A DNA stretch of 62,637 nucleotides, filler included, from Sphacelaria rigidula (taxonomy: Eukaryota), in assembly GCA_964200075.2 (NCBI GenBank). It is 11 parts of 11 records of this genome, joined end to end, with 100 filler letters (N's around TTAATTAATTAA, not from the genome) between each part and the next. Parts side by side here need not be neighbours in the genome. Positions count along the whole stretch, not along the records: positions 22,817 to 28,419 come from CAXNAA020025947.1; positions 28,520 to 34,122 come from CAXNAA020025948.1; 9 more parts are not named here. One strand, 5' to 3'. Positions 23,617 to 34,122 of the stretch are shown here, piece by piece. The translations under genes were made by a program, and so were the position numbers. How positions within the stretch are numbered: position 1 is the first letter of the stretch; each line of letters begins with the position of its first letter. The notes under the pieces are model-generated. The model was not told the DNA's origin, made no database searches, and was given only the letters and a program-made list of their open reading frames with translations.

Positions 23617-23640
23617 GAAGGGTGTAGACCGGAGCGATTG
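22817..23640 (+). repeat. Tandem array (about 2.3 units of 340-375 bp) built from SINE body, (TA)n and a hairpin
   Basis: CTGTGTGACCCCGGCTGG..CATATATA..CCGAA.GGTGTA recurs near 22826, 23170 and 23543. SINE body at 23400-23515. Confidence 0.8.
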
Positions 23641-23833
23641 TAAAGGTTAAGGTTTGCATTGCTTTTTCGTGAGTTACATACACAGTGGGAGCGTGACACC
23701 GGTTGTTTCGCGAGGATTTTGTCGTATGCTTTCAAGCTTCCGTCTTCACTTTCCGCGGTTGTTTGCGAGCAGTTTTTTTCAGAAAAAATGTTTCCCCATC
23801 AGACTTTTTTTCTCGAAGTGGGTTTCAGCCCAT

Positions 23834-24138
23834 AACAGTGTTTTCGTGAGATTGAGAGTAGATGATACGATTGAGAGTGAAAAGCGGTCAATCAGTGAAT
23901 GAATCGTTTCAGTTCCGAAATGCACTTCGACGAGGCCCAACATGCTTTTTGCAATTGCTGGTCACTGAGGCCCTTGATATCCCTGGGTATGATATCGACG
24001 TGTAGCTAGCTGTAAGCACACGCAAGTGACGGAGGTAAAGAAAAGCACACGTGGAATAAAAAAATGACTCACTTAAAGGGAATGATCAAACCCACTCTCA
24101 ACCGTATCATCTACTCTCACTCTCACGAAAACACTGTT
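23834..24138. mobile_element. 305-bp MITE with 46-bp TIRs (AACAG...CTGTT) and 4-bp TSD CCAT
   Basis: TIRs differ at 2 of 46 positions. CCAT at 23830-23833 and 24139-24142. Confidence 0.92.
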
Positions 24139-24151
24139 CCATGTGATCCGT

Positions 24152-24456
24152 CGTAGCCTCGGTATGTGTAGTCGTGTACTATTTTTTGTCCTGAAAAGTA
24201 CAGCTTTTTTCGTCAAATGTCGTATTTGTTGGATCGGATTTCAACCGACTGTTGCACATAGAGATTTTGCTCTTTCGTAAGCAAATTATCAACTTCTGTA
24301 AAATCGCAGCCTCGGTATTTGTAGTCGTGTACTTTTTACTGTTCTGAAAGTATAGCTTTTTTCGTTAAATGTCGTATATGTTTGATCAGATTTTGACCGA
24401 CGTTGTGCGTAGAGATTTTGCTTTTTCGCAAGCAAATTATCAACTTCTGTACAATC
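24152..24456 (+). repeat. Diverged tandem duplication, ~153-bp unit x2
   Basis: AGCCTCGGTAT.TGTAGTCGTGTACT...GCAAATTATCAACTTCTGTA.AATC occurs twice. Confidence 0.9.
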
Positions 24457-24988
24457 TCCTACTCTTCAATGACTAATAGACTTTTTACTCCGGCATAAAC
24501 TCTTTTTTTTCATCAGAACGAAATGTGGGTGACACATTCGGGTGTTCAGAATTTTTCACACTTTTCATTCGTTCTACTCAATTCTGTGTCTCGCGTTTTT
24601 CAATTCCAATAATATCACACCCATGCTTATCTTTATCCTCCTATTAATCCCATATAAATGAGTTTCATTACCAATACATATATCAAATCCTCGGCTTAAT
24701 CTCTTGGCAGGAGTCATTACCTTCACATTTTCCCTTCCATATTTTGTTATTTTCCACGCCTATCATGGAGGACAATCGGCGGCCCCGTCCGATCCTTGTT
24801 TATTGATAACATTTTGTATTGTCCGGGGTGTACAATATTTTCAAGTTACGCAATCGCTCGGCAATACACTGGCTCGTTGCGCGTAGTGTACTCCACACAG
24901 CACAGCGTGTGGGGAGGCGACCGATCCCGACCCCGTCAGCGGTAGAAGAAAATACTGCTTTGTCTCGCGCATCCCCTGAACGTCTCAC

Positions 24989-25414
24989 CGACATAAGCGC
25001 CGAGAGGAGCAAGAGCACCGGCACGTGTGGAATGGCCAACAAGCCGTTCTCCCCGTTAGCGCCGGAAGGCACGTTCTCTGCGTCCGCCTGGCCGATCGCG
25101 TCGTCCTGCACTCCGCCGGCGCCGCTGCCGTTGATCAAGTTATACGCGTTCGCCTTTTCTCCACGTTCTACTCTCAGGAGGGAGGCGGTGTGGACACTGT
25201 CCTGCCCGTCGTGATTGGGGCCGTTGCTGTTGCTTGTGGCGCCACTTCCAATCACCGGCGGGGTGGCTAGCGACCCAATTTCTGGAGACACTGTTGTCGT
25301 CCTGTTTGTGCTCTCCTCATCCACTTCGCCGGGGACTCCATCGTAGCCATCATCGAGCACTCCGTTCTCTGCTGCCTCGCTTCCCACTCTTTCGTAAAGC
25401 TGAGGACTGGACAT
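24989..25414 (-). CDS. Probable first exon of a membrane protein (long acidic/Gly-rich N-terminus, then hydrophobic LLAIPHVPVLLLLSALMS)
   Basis: ATG at 25414, 142 open codons, TCG|GTGAGA donor in phase 0. A transporter-like architecture is inference only. Confidence 0.65.
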
Positions 25415-25610
25415 GCAGAGTAATGGGGTCAGCACGGCGGCGCTCGGGATGGGGTGAAATCAATGAATCCGACCCTGGCTTAGTTGCTGCGCTCGTATCT
25501 ATCCTCACTCCCAACGGGGGAGATTGCCTTATCATGAGCGGGGGAGATTACCTATGTGTGACTAGAAGTTGAGAAGGGCGAACCGCAACGGCCATGCATG
25601 CAACCGAAAG

Positions 25611-27652
25611 CATAGTTATGGGTGCGCCTGACCCCCCAAAATGAGCTCAAAAAGTGTCACCGACCAAAAGCACGAACAGACCGGAGATGACGTTCAACCT
25701 CTGATTATGCACGCCGCAAAATGCCTCAAAGTACTTGTGATCTGAGTAGGGTTTCCATTCCACGCTTTATAAGTTTTCTTGTTCCGGAGGGCGAACCACG
25801 GCGTGGCTCGGCTACTCACCGGCGTGTATTTGTCTTAGCTACAATTGTACTGGTTCGATTCACCTAAGACGTTACGGTGATCGAGAAAATCGCAAAAAAA
25901 CTACGTTTTTCTTCACATAATTCGTTATAAAACTCGCATCCTGATAAAATAAAGCAATTCAACCCGTATAATTGTAGCTGTCGTCTTGGCGCAGATGATG
26001 CAAAAAGTCGCATCCCAATCGATGGCCGTGGCGATGAGTAATCTCCTAGACAGATTGGGCTGTGATCGTAAACACGCACCCCCAACCCTCGCCGGTCTCA
26101 ACAAAACGCGAAACCCTCACCCCTTTTGTAACGGCCTCGGGATAGATGACACCCATGAACGACTCGTAATAGTGCAGATGGTTGATACCTCGGATATGTG
26201 GAATGTTGCAGGATTCGAACCTTCGACCGAGTCCCCAGAAGTAAGAATCATCTTCGCGACCTCGCAGCAGCAGAGAGAACAAATTATAGCACTGGCTCTA
26301 ACGAAGGTGTAGAACCATCGGGCAAGGCGGGTGCAACGTGTTTCATAGGCGAAGGGTGCGTTGCCAGACCTCGACTTAGACTAGGACGCGTTCTGGGACG
26401 CTAGTAGAATGCTGGGAGCCCAGCCCACATGAAAGATCCGGATTTCGATTTTCACACCAAGACCAAGATTGACCGACTCACGCTCCCGAATGGGAAAGTA
26501 AACTGCGCCAAGACGACACGAAGTCGTCGGCCCACTTTCGCTATAGCCACATGGCACCGAAGCCCCAATCATGTCTTTCAGTGACCGACCCACTCATCCC
26601 AAGACACGCGTCTATTGTATCGGCAATGGTGGGTGACGGACGACCGTTTGTTTTCATTCCTTCTTGCAAAACAACATCCTTGGAGTCAGATGAACCCCCC
26701 TAGACCGCGAGGGTAGTCCATCTGGACCATGCATACTTTTCTCAAGTGAAAAATGATGCCAATTCAGAATGTGACCAAACCGTCGCGGTCAAAGAGCTAA
26801 TTGATATCATAATCATCAAATGAAAAGCCATGCCCACGGAGCAACAAGTACACTTTGAAACGCGGGTCATTCGTCTGACAAAAGTTGTGGAATCATCGCA
26901 GGCGATAAATCAAGCTCCTCGAACCATGACGAGGTCGTGGACCAACACCCCCCCAGCCCACATAACACACCCGGTGACTATTTGTACTGCACTCGTTTGT
27001 GTAGGGCCGTCCCTCGTTGAAGTTCATCAGTACATCTGACTTTGTCGCATGTTGAGCACATCATGTTGACCCAACTTCGATCCGCCCAAAAATGGTTCAG
27101 CTTCCTGGTTTCACTTACCGGCGTTGGGCTACAAATGTTCATGGTTGATATTACTTGATTTGAGTGCGCACAACGAGAATCGGAATTCTAGTAGGGACGG
27201 TCCCGTGTGCTCCTCGGGTGCGCACAACACGTTTTCGTTGAAATCTGCGCCACAGAAGCCGATTTGAGGTCTACCAAGGCCTCACACTCTTCAAACAATG
27301 TATGTACCGCCCTTGCCCGAGTGTTCTCGGTGTGCGTTGGGTTGGTTCAACCCAGTTAGCCTCCTTGCATGCCAGGGTATCGCAAGTGTGGACGAAAGGT
27401 GACGCAGTGGCATGTAGTATATGAGGAACAGCGGAAATAACGATAGGATTCTGGTCCAGACGGCAGTCCACCTTTTTTCGATATGAATTTTGGATCCATG
27501 CGTTCTCTTCCGATGACGTGAGGCGCATTTTACTCCACGAGCCTGGAAAAGCCCCAGAAGTCGGTCTGTTCGTGTCTATTCGTGCTTTTGGTCGGTGACA
27601 CTTTTTGGGCTCATTTTGGGCGGGCAGGCGCACCCATAACAGTGTAACTATG
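25611..27652. mobile_element. 2042-bp non-autonomous TIR element, CATAG...CTATG ends, apparent 2-bp TSD AG
   Basis: About 70-bp inverted repeats (GTTATGGGTGCGCCTG.CC.CCCAAAATGAGC.CAAAAAGTGTCACCGACCAAAAGCACGAA) at 25611-25683 and 27562-27652. No intact ORF inside. Confidence 0.8.
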
Positions 27653-28519
27653 AGAGCTCCCCAAGACGTAGAATCATTAGCAAACGGTTCAGCACAGGAG
27701 CTTGGGCTCATGCTGTCATCAAGTCACGGTAAATCTCGGACGACTTTTGTCGGTTGGATTCACCACTGTAAAATGAGACTATTCGGGAAGTCTCCCAAGC
27801 GCGAAAGCAAAACTGAAGCTACATGTTTCCCTTCCTGGTTGACACAGCGAGGATCTCGTCCATGATATGGGAACACGTGCACAATGACATTGCAGAGCAA
27901 GACAGGCGGAGCTCAGCAGCGCCTACGGCTGTTGTGATGGCCATGTCTTGCACTCATGGGTTCAATCAAAGGGGTTATCGTCAGGGAAATAGGTCAATCT
28001 CACTACCTGCCAGCCCCCGCGCCGAACTCGGACGAGGAATGAGTGATTTTTGCGCAAGCACGATCCATACTGCACTGAAGAAAATAGCGCTCGAGACTGT
28101 ACCCGAGCCATCGATATGCCCATTGCACCCTTTCTGAAGACGCCAATTGAGCTGGTGCCATCGCTGGGTACGAAACAATTTTTCAAGGAGCTGTGGCCAT
28201 ACCGGGCTGGGATTTATGCCAAAGCTGTTCTCGATTACCCCAGTTGATCCTTCTCGAAATGTCTCATTCCACCCTTAGGCCAGACGCCTCATACTATTCA
28301 CCCACGCCCATGGTTGCGGAAGGACAGGAGAAGCATTCACATCCACGCACGTCGAATACTATTCTTACTCATTACGTTTGTCCGCATTCCGCGTCTCTGG
28401 ACGCAGGTGCAACGATCACNNNNNNNNNNNNNNNNNNNNNNNNNNNNNNNNNNNNNNNNNNNNTTAATTAATTAANNNNNNNNNNNNNNNNNNNNNNNNN
28501 NNNNNNNNNNNNNNNNNNN

Positions 28520-28577
28520 CCTCCGGGTTCTCATCCTCAATCAAAAGCACCATCCTCAACATAGATGATTGGCTGTT
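28520..28577 (-). repeat. End of AACAGCC repeat family, third copy
   Basis: Matches 5705-5755 with 2 substitutions and the same GGCTGTT boundary. Confidence 0.9.
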
Positions 28578-28603
28578 TAAATGTGTGTATTTGGAGTTGC
28601 GAG

Positions 28604-28776
28604 AGGGTCGAGCGGCACAAAGCAAGCGAAATGCTAGAGGTCGATCGGCGCAAATCGGGGGTGAAGCAATGCTTAAAGCTATACGATCAGGACGAAACTC
28701 TTCAGACCGATGAAGCGCAAGCAAGAGTTCTAGAGCTATTAGACGATGTTTCTCTACGAGACCAACGCTTTGATGG
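28604..28776 (+). CDS. Putative exon 1 of the FN3-protein fragment (RVERHKASEMLEV...LRDQRFDG)
   Basis: Open frame and GG|GTGAAT donor in phase 2, matching the next exon. Acceptor uncertain. Confidence 0.5.
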
Positions 28777-28998
28777 GTGAATTTGTGAGATTTTGCACGT
28801 GACTAACTCTTGTGAACCCGGAAATCAAGGAAACCCTTCACCATGATGACTTAATACGGCCCGTCATCGTGGACATAGTGTTCAAAATCAGGACCTGATA
28901 ACGTACGAAACTGCCCGGTCGCAAGACCAACTCTTACGGGGCTAGACAAAGGGATCCGGAACGTCAGAGAAATGTCTACCATGGCACAGAATATACTG

Positions 28999-29151
28999 TG
29001 TTGTGTGTGTTGTGTTGTCGTCCCATTTTATTCTTGACGCCAGTCTACCCCTTTTGGGATATGTGGGCGCAGCAGCCGGGGTCACACAGGAGCGAGGTCA
29101 ACACAGGAGCAAGGTTACGAGGTTACCAACTGAGCCACCGGGGCGACCGGC
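28999..29151 (-). mobile_element. Internally deleted tRNA-derived SINE with 9-bp TSD AATATACTG
   Basis: Head GCCGGTCGCCCCGGTGGCTCAGTTGGTAACC is fused directly to the tail. TSD at 28990-28998 and 29152-29160. Confidence 0.9.
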
Positions 29152-29373
29152 AATATACTGAATAAAGGAAATAGGCAAATCTCCGAGGTACTCATGTTGC
29201 TCTTGACCCACCCGCGCTATTTTGTAAATAGTCGGAACACATACAGTGTCTAGGTTCTTTATCTTGAACTGAGCAAGAATACCAACCCACAAAGAAAAAC
29301 ATTACACGAAAGGTAGATGTGCTCCTGGTCACTGTTCAGCTGGCCGCAGTGTGCCTCCTTTTTCGTTTGACAG

Positions 29374-29410
29374 CAAATCCTCCAGTGATGAGGGAGCAGC
29401 AGTAATTCAC
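29374..29410 (+). CDS. Putative exon 2 of the FN3-protein fragment (KSSSDEGAAVIH)
   Basis: TTTCGTTTGACAG acceptor, phase 2 in / 0 out. Alternative donor at 29402. Confidence 0.45.
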
Positions 29411-29463
29411 GTGGGTCTAAGAAATTGTTTGAGGGTTCTGATGACAGGTTAATCTATTTTCAG

Positions 29464-29598
29464 TCGGCACGAGCACAAGAACCATTTGTTTCTACGCCAT
29501 GTCGGGTCCTACAAGACCCAGATCACGGCGCGCTGATATGCCCAAGGCTCCCACCGTGGACTGTTGCATGTCCTGGCGGTTCCTTTTTAGCTGCCAAC
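29464..29598 (+). CDS. Putative exon 3 of the FN3-protein fragment (SARAQEPFV...GGSFLAAN)
   Basis: TATTTTCAG acceptor, AAC|GTCAGG donor, 135 nt, phase 0/0. Confidence 0.5.
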
Positions 29599-30140
29599 GT
29601 CAGGGAAGCAAATATTGTGCTGTGCAACAATAAGCAGAAAAGAGCATGGCCAGTTGCAGTTTGTAATCATTTTGTGACCTTGCACGGGCGGACGACTCGA
29701 TACAAAATGAGGGCCCCGTTTTGTATCGAGTGCACCAAACCGACTGGCGAAACAACATAATGAAAGCGGCGAACTCATCTTCCTTCTACTAGTAATGGAT
29801 GATCATGTGCGACCTGATATAAGATCATCGATTCGTATCACCGTTTTATCCAAGAGTGTTGACGGAAAGAATGATAAAGGGAAATTGGACTTTTAGCGAT
29901 GGTTAGTTCGGATGGGAAAAAGCGTGAGCAAGCCACTCCTTAGCTGAGGTTGACCGCTTTACTGAGTTACCACCGTTGCACAAGATAGTCCATGATAGGG
30001 GTCTTGAGCCGCACTAAAACAACCACATATTTTTGACGTCCATTCTCCAATTCAAACGTGCTGTTCAACCAGGACGGCTTGCTTCTGTATCGGTGACAAT
30101 ATCCAGACAACATGGAATCTTACCAAATATTGTTCTTCAG

Positions 30141-30276
30141 ATAGTGGAGAAGAAATCGAACTACATCAGACAGAAACGTACATCCCTCCGAAGATATCAG
30201 AACAGTAGGCACCCAGATCTCGCGATGCCTCCGCTGACCGGGGTCGCTCTATTAAACCAAATACATGTCACCGTAG
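30141..30276 (+). CDS. Exon 4 of FN3 protein (IVEKKSNYIRQKR...LLNQIHVTVG)
   Basis: TTCTTCAG acceptor, TAG|GTTAGT donor, phase 0 in / 1 out. Confidence 0.7.
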
Positions 30277-30655
30277 GTTAGTTGTTCAGTGGAATACTGA
30301 CTATCGTTGCTTGCTGCAAAATACGCCGACTGTTTTACAACAAGCGACTGCCCCGATTAGTCATAAAGTCTAGTGTAAGTCACCCCTCCAAAACGACGAG
30401 GAACAGGAGAGTTTCTTTTATAGCCGATTCCGAACCTTGCCAACAACTGTGTACTATTGAAAGCTTGAATACTCTTCGAACATACATTTTCGGGTGCCTG
30501 ACTTGAGCTACATGCATGCCGATGCATGCGCACTCTGTGTTGCACTGTCTGTGACCCCCAGCCTGCGAAGGCATCACACAAAAACGCTTTCTTCAGCAAC
30601 ACTAGCCTCAAAGCAGCTACGTGCTGTTGCGTAACCGACTGATGTAATGCTGCAG

Positions 30656-30748
30656 GGCCTCGAGCACCTGCTCCCCCATCCTGCGTGGCAAAACTCGGTT
30701 ACGAGGAATCCGTCAGAAAGGTCTACGAGGTCGTGCCATCCGGCAAAG
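30656..30748 (+). CDS. Exon 5 of FN3 protein (PRAPAPPSCVAKLGYEESVRKVYEVVPSGK)
   Basis: TGCAG acceptor, AAG|GTGCGC donor, phase 1/1. The PxAPxPP start is typical of FN3 domains. Confidence 0.75.
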
Positions 30749-30919
30749 GTGCGCGCTCCATGGAATCCTCAGCGAGATATGGGTCGCACGACAGGCATAT
30801 CTTCTTCGACTTTCGAGAGTCTTCGGGTAGTACCGCAAAATTTCTATATTTTACTTACACCTAACGCGACCAAACAGCACCGACCCGTGGAACCAACCCA
30901 ATGTAATTTTTGGTTGCAG

Positions 30920-31019
30920 GCGGGGGTACGAAGCGCGTCCCGAAGCGAGTGACAGAGACCGTGGCGGTCTGCAAGGTCACCGCTTCGTGGCAAACATACT
31001 GGTTGTCTGATATTACCAG
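30920..31019 (+). CDS. Exon 6 of FN3 protein (GGTKRVPKRVTETVAVCKVTASWQTYWLSDIT)
   Basis: TTGCAG acceptor, CAG|GTATGT donor, phase 1 in / 2 out. VTASW matches the FN3 strand-B Trp. Confidence 0.8.
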
Positions 31020-31079
31020 GTATGTACGGTACAATAGCACAAATTGAAACAACACAATGCACAGTATAATTCGGTTCCC

Positions 31080-31291
31080 GTGTAGTGCGTGAGAGGACCG
31101 CGTGCTTAGAGGATTGCATCGGAGTTTGAATATCCCTATGGTTAGGGTTAGGGTTAGGGCTAGTGTTGGGGTTACGGTCAGGGGCGGGGTCCCTGCAGGG
31201 ACTGGCCCATTGGTTTTGAAAAACGTCGATCCTGAGGTGTTTCGAACTACGATGCGATCCCCTAAGCACGCGGTCCTCTCACGCATTACAC
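31080..31291. mobile_element. Intronic MITE with ~50-bp TIRs and internal TTAGGG repeats
   Basis: GTGTAGTGCGTGAGAGGACCGCGTGCTTAG... / ...CTAAGCACGCGGTCCTCTCACGCATTACAC, with GGTTAGGGTTAGGGTTAGGG at 31140-31159. Confidence 0.85.
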
Positions 31292-31924
31292 CCGCCTGAG
31301 ATCACAGAAGCAGAACATCTCGGTGGCCTGTGACGTGCAAGTATTGTCGATCCGCTTTCTTTGGGATTCTGGTTGGCTCCCGCCGAGTACAGACTTGTCG
31401 GCGCTTGCCTTTGACCACGTCAAGTTCGTCGTGGTGTGTATAGCCGTTGTTACTTAGGCTACATTTTCGATACAAAAAAACAGTAATACCACGGTAGGGG
31501 TGCAGTTTTTTGTCCAAAAGCTTTCTGAGCCTCAGAAAAAATACGTGCACCCCGACCGTGACATTGCTCGAATACAAAGGGGTATCTCTGTGTTGAGAAA
31601 AATAAATCATACTTGACTTTAGTAACTTCTCACATGAGGCAGACAGCCGTGTTTCTCGAGGAGGCTATAAAGGTTTTGCGTTGTGGTGCAAGCCCCCATT
31701 TCCGAGAGTCTGTGCCAGCGGCTAACTATTCCACGGTTGTGTTCTGTCGGGTACGGGTATGTTCGGTAGGGATTGAGGTTTTTACAGAACTCACAGAACC
31801 GTTGGGTACCGGTGTGAAAGTCCAACATAACTAACAGAACTTGTCAGGGATAGTGTAGAGATTGTACAGAAACTCTTGCCCGCAAGCGGGAAAGTCTACA
31901 AGGGCGCACCCGTGTCCTGGGCAT

Positions 31925-32203
31925 GGCCCTTTACAATCGGCACTGTTTCTTCCGTCGATATCAGAACTTTTCGGACTTCTCGGACTCTGCGTTCAGAGTT
32001 CTCCGAAAACGAAGCTGCTTGACTTTTCCTCCAAACCTTCATTCTTGGAGAAAACCGAAACATTCGGTCCACAACGCAGCACTCCGGAGAAATGTCCTAT
32101 GTGCAAGCCCTCGCGCTCGCAAGCATTCGAGAGCCATCAGGTACCGTGCCGGTCCCGAATTTTTCGGAAATCTCCGGAAAAACAGTGTCGATTAAAATGG
32201 GCC
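31925..32203. mobile_element. MITE with GGCCC...GGGCC termini (PIF/Harbinger-like ends)
   Basis: About 29-bp imperfect TIRs. No clear TSD. Confidence 0.55.
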
Positions 32204-32409
32204 CGAGAGTGAGAAACATTTCGTACAAACCTCAAAGAACTGTCGGATACCGTTACGGTAGGCTTGCAAAAATTTCTGAACGGACGGGTACCCGCACGGG
32301 AGGCTTACAGATCTCCCTGAAACGTCGGGTATGTACGGGTAATACCCGGGTACATGCTTACGTGCTAGCCCTGCCGTTCATATCTGGTCACATCATGCTT
32401 ACGTTTCAG

Positions 32410-32668
32410 CTCGAGAGATGGACAGCTGGGTGGAGGAGTGACCTACGAGCTCCAATATCGCTCCCGGGTGGGTCAAGATTGGATCGCTGTGCCGACCAAA
32501 ATGCCCACCAAGATCCTCACGGGGCTGCTGCCTAACCACATATACGACTTCAGGGTACGGGCTAATAATTCCGCTGGTTGGGGCGACTATTCGGAGGTCA
32601 CAGAGCTCCAGACTCCAAGCGAGAGGGGCGACGGCGGAAGGACGATCGACGACGGGAGCACACGATAA
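32410..32668 (+). CDS. Terminal exon of a fibronectin type III domain protein
   Basis: TTTCAG acceptor, phase 2 in. YELQY...W...LTGLLPNHIYDFRVRANNSAGWGDYS is the canonical FN3 C-terminal signature. Ends at TAA. Confidence 0.88.
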
Positions 32669-34064
32669 TCAATTTTTGACAGACAATTTTTCATCTTGAT
32701 GTATCAATTACGCATCAAAGCAGCTAGAGATTGATATCGCTTTTTGGGCGCGATCGCGGTCTATTCGTCCCGACCATTCAACAAAAACACAGCAGCCTAC
32801 CCAGTAATAATTTTCCATCAGAAGAGGGAGCCATGCTACGGTAGGAGGTGGGAGATATTTTGTGCCATTCCCACGAAATTGCACCTCGAATCGATGTTGA
32901 AAGCAGGAATGGTTCTTTGCACGTGCTTCTTTCCGATAAATGACACTCTTTCATCCTGCAGGGCATCATTTTCGCCCAACTTCAAGCGCATCGTGAGTGT
33001 GCTAGGTCGTCTGATACACTTATGAGCCGTCCTTTTAGTGGAATAAAACACGCCTCCGCCCCTCCAATTGCCTCCGCCCCTCCAATCATAGTATGACTAG
33101 GGGACTGTGCGGATCACATTTGATCAACTTCACACATGATACAATCATGCCACAGTTCAGTATAACTTCGGCCAGCTCAACCCGAAGAGCCGCATCCTCA
33201 GTCAACCACGACGGTATCGCTGGTACGTTAAAGCACAGTCCCGGGTTGCTCTGCAAAAACATATTGCACCTTGAAGTACATTTTTGTAGCGGCATGCCTG
33301 CGCGTCGCATGCCATAAGTCTTCGGAACAAGGCCTTACATCGCGATATCGAGGTACTTTCAGACCTCAGGTGCCTTGTATTACCCCCATCATTACGACTC
33401 ATTTCCGTACGTTGTATTGACGCGTGCGTTGTGTTCGCCGCGAGTGTGTTTATACAAACCGGTCTGAACAATGTTTTCCTGAGGTTGAGAGTTCAGCGCC
33501 GATTGAGAGTGGGGTTTATTATTCGCTGTAGCTTGGCCAATATTATACTTTACGCAGTTTTTTTTCAACTGTCGTGTGCCTGCTTACAGCTACACGTCGA
33601 TATCCTACTCAGAGACACCAAAGGCTTCAGTGGCCAGCTACGTTAGAAGGCATATCGGGCCTTGTACGGGGGCATATGTTGGAACTGAAACAATGTCAAT
33701 TCGTTAATCGGCCGCTTCTCACTCTCAATCGTATCCTAGACTCTCAATCCCACGAACACTGCTTCTACAGTATTAACATTATGAAATATTAGTACTATAG
33801 AGCTCTATGCGTACACCGAAGTTTCGGCATTTTTGCGGGCACTTTGCCATTTTAAGATGCACAAGGCGGAAATGGGCGGGATGATGGATGTGGTGACTAC
33901 ACTCAACGATGGGTTAAGAGTACAAGACGTAGATAAGCAGCCTGCTCAGGACGAGATGTCATGCTAGGTGAAATCGACTTTTCAGTCCCGATGTTTCTGT
34001 ATTCGAATGATCGTGTTTATCAGTTAGCCTTGCAGCAACAACAGCCCCTGTGACGGTTTAAGAG

Positions 34065-34122
34065 ACAACCACCTAGACTACTGACAAGTCAGCGCTGACT
34101 TGTCAGTAGTCTAGTTGGTTGT
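34065..34122. repeat. 58-bp loopless palindrome at the contig end
   Basis: ACAACCACCTAGACTACTGACAAGTCAGC|GCTGACTTGTCAGTAGTCTAGTTGGTTGT, one mismatch. Confidence 0.95.
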
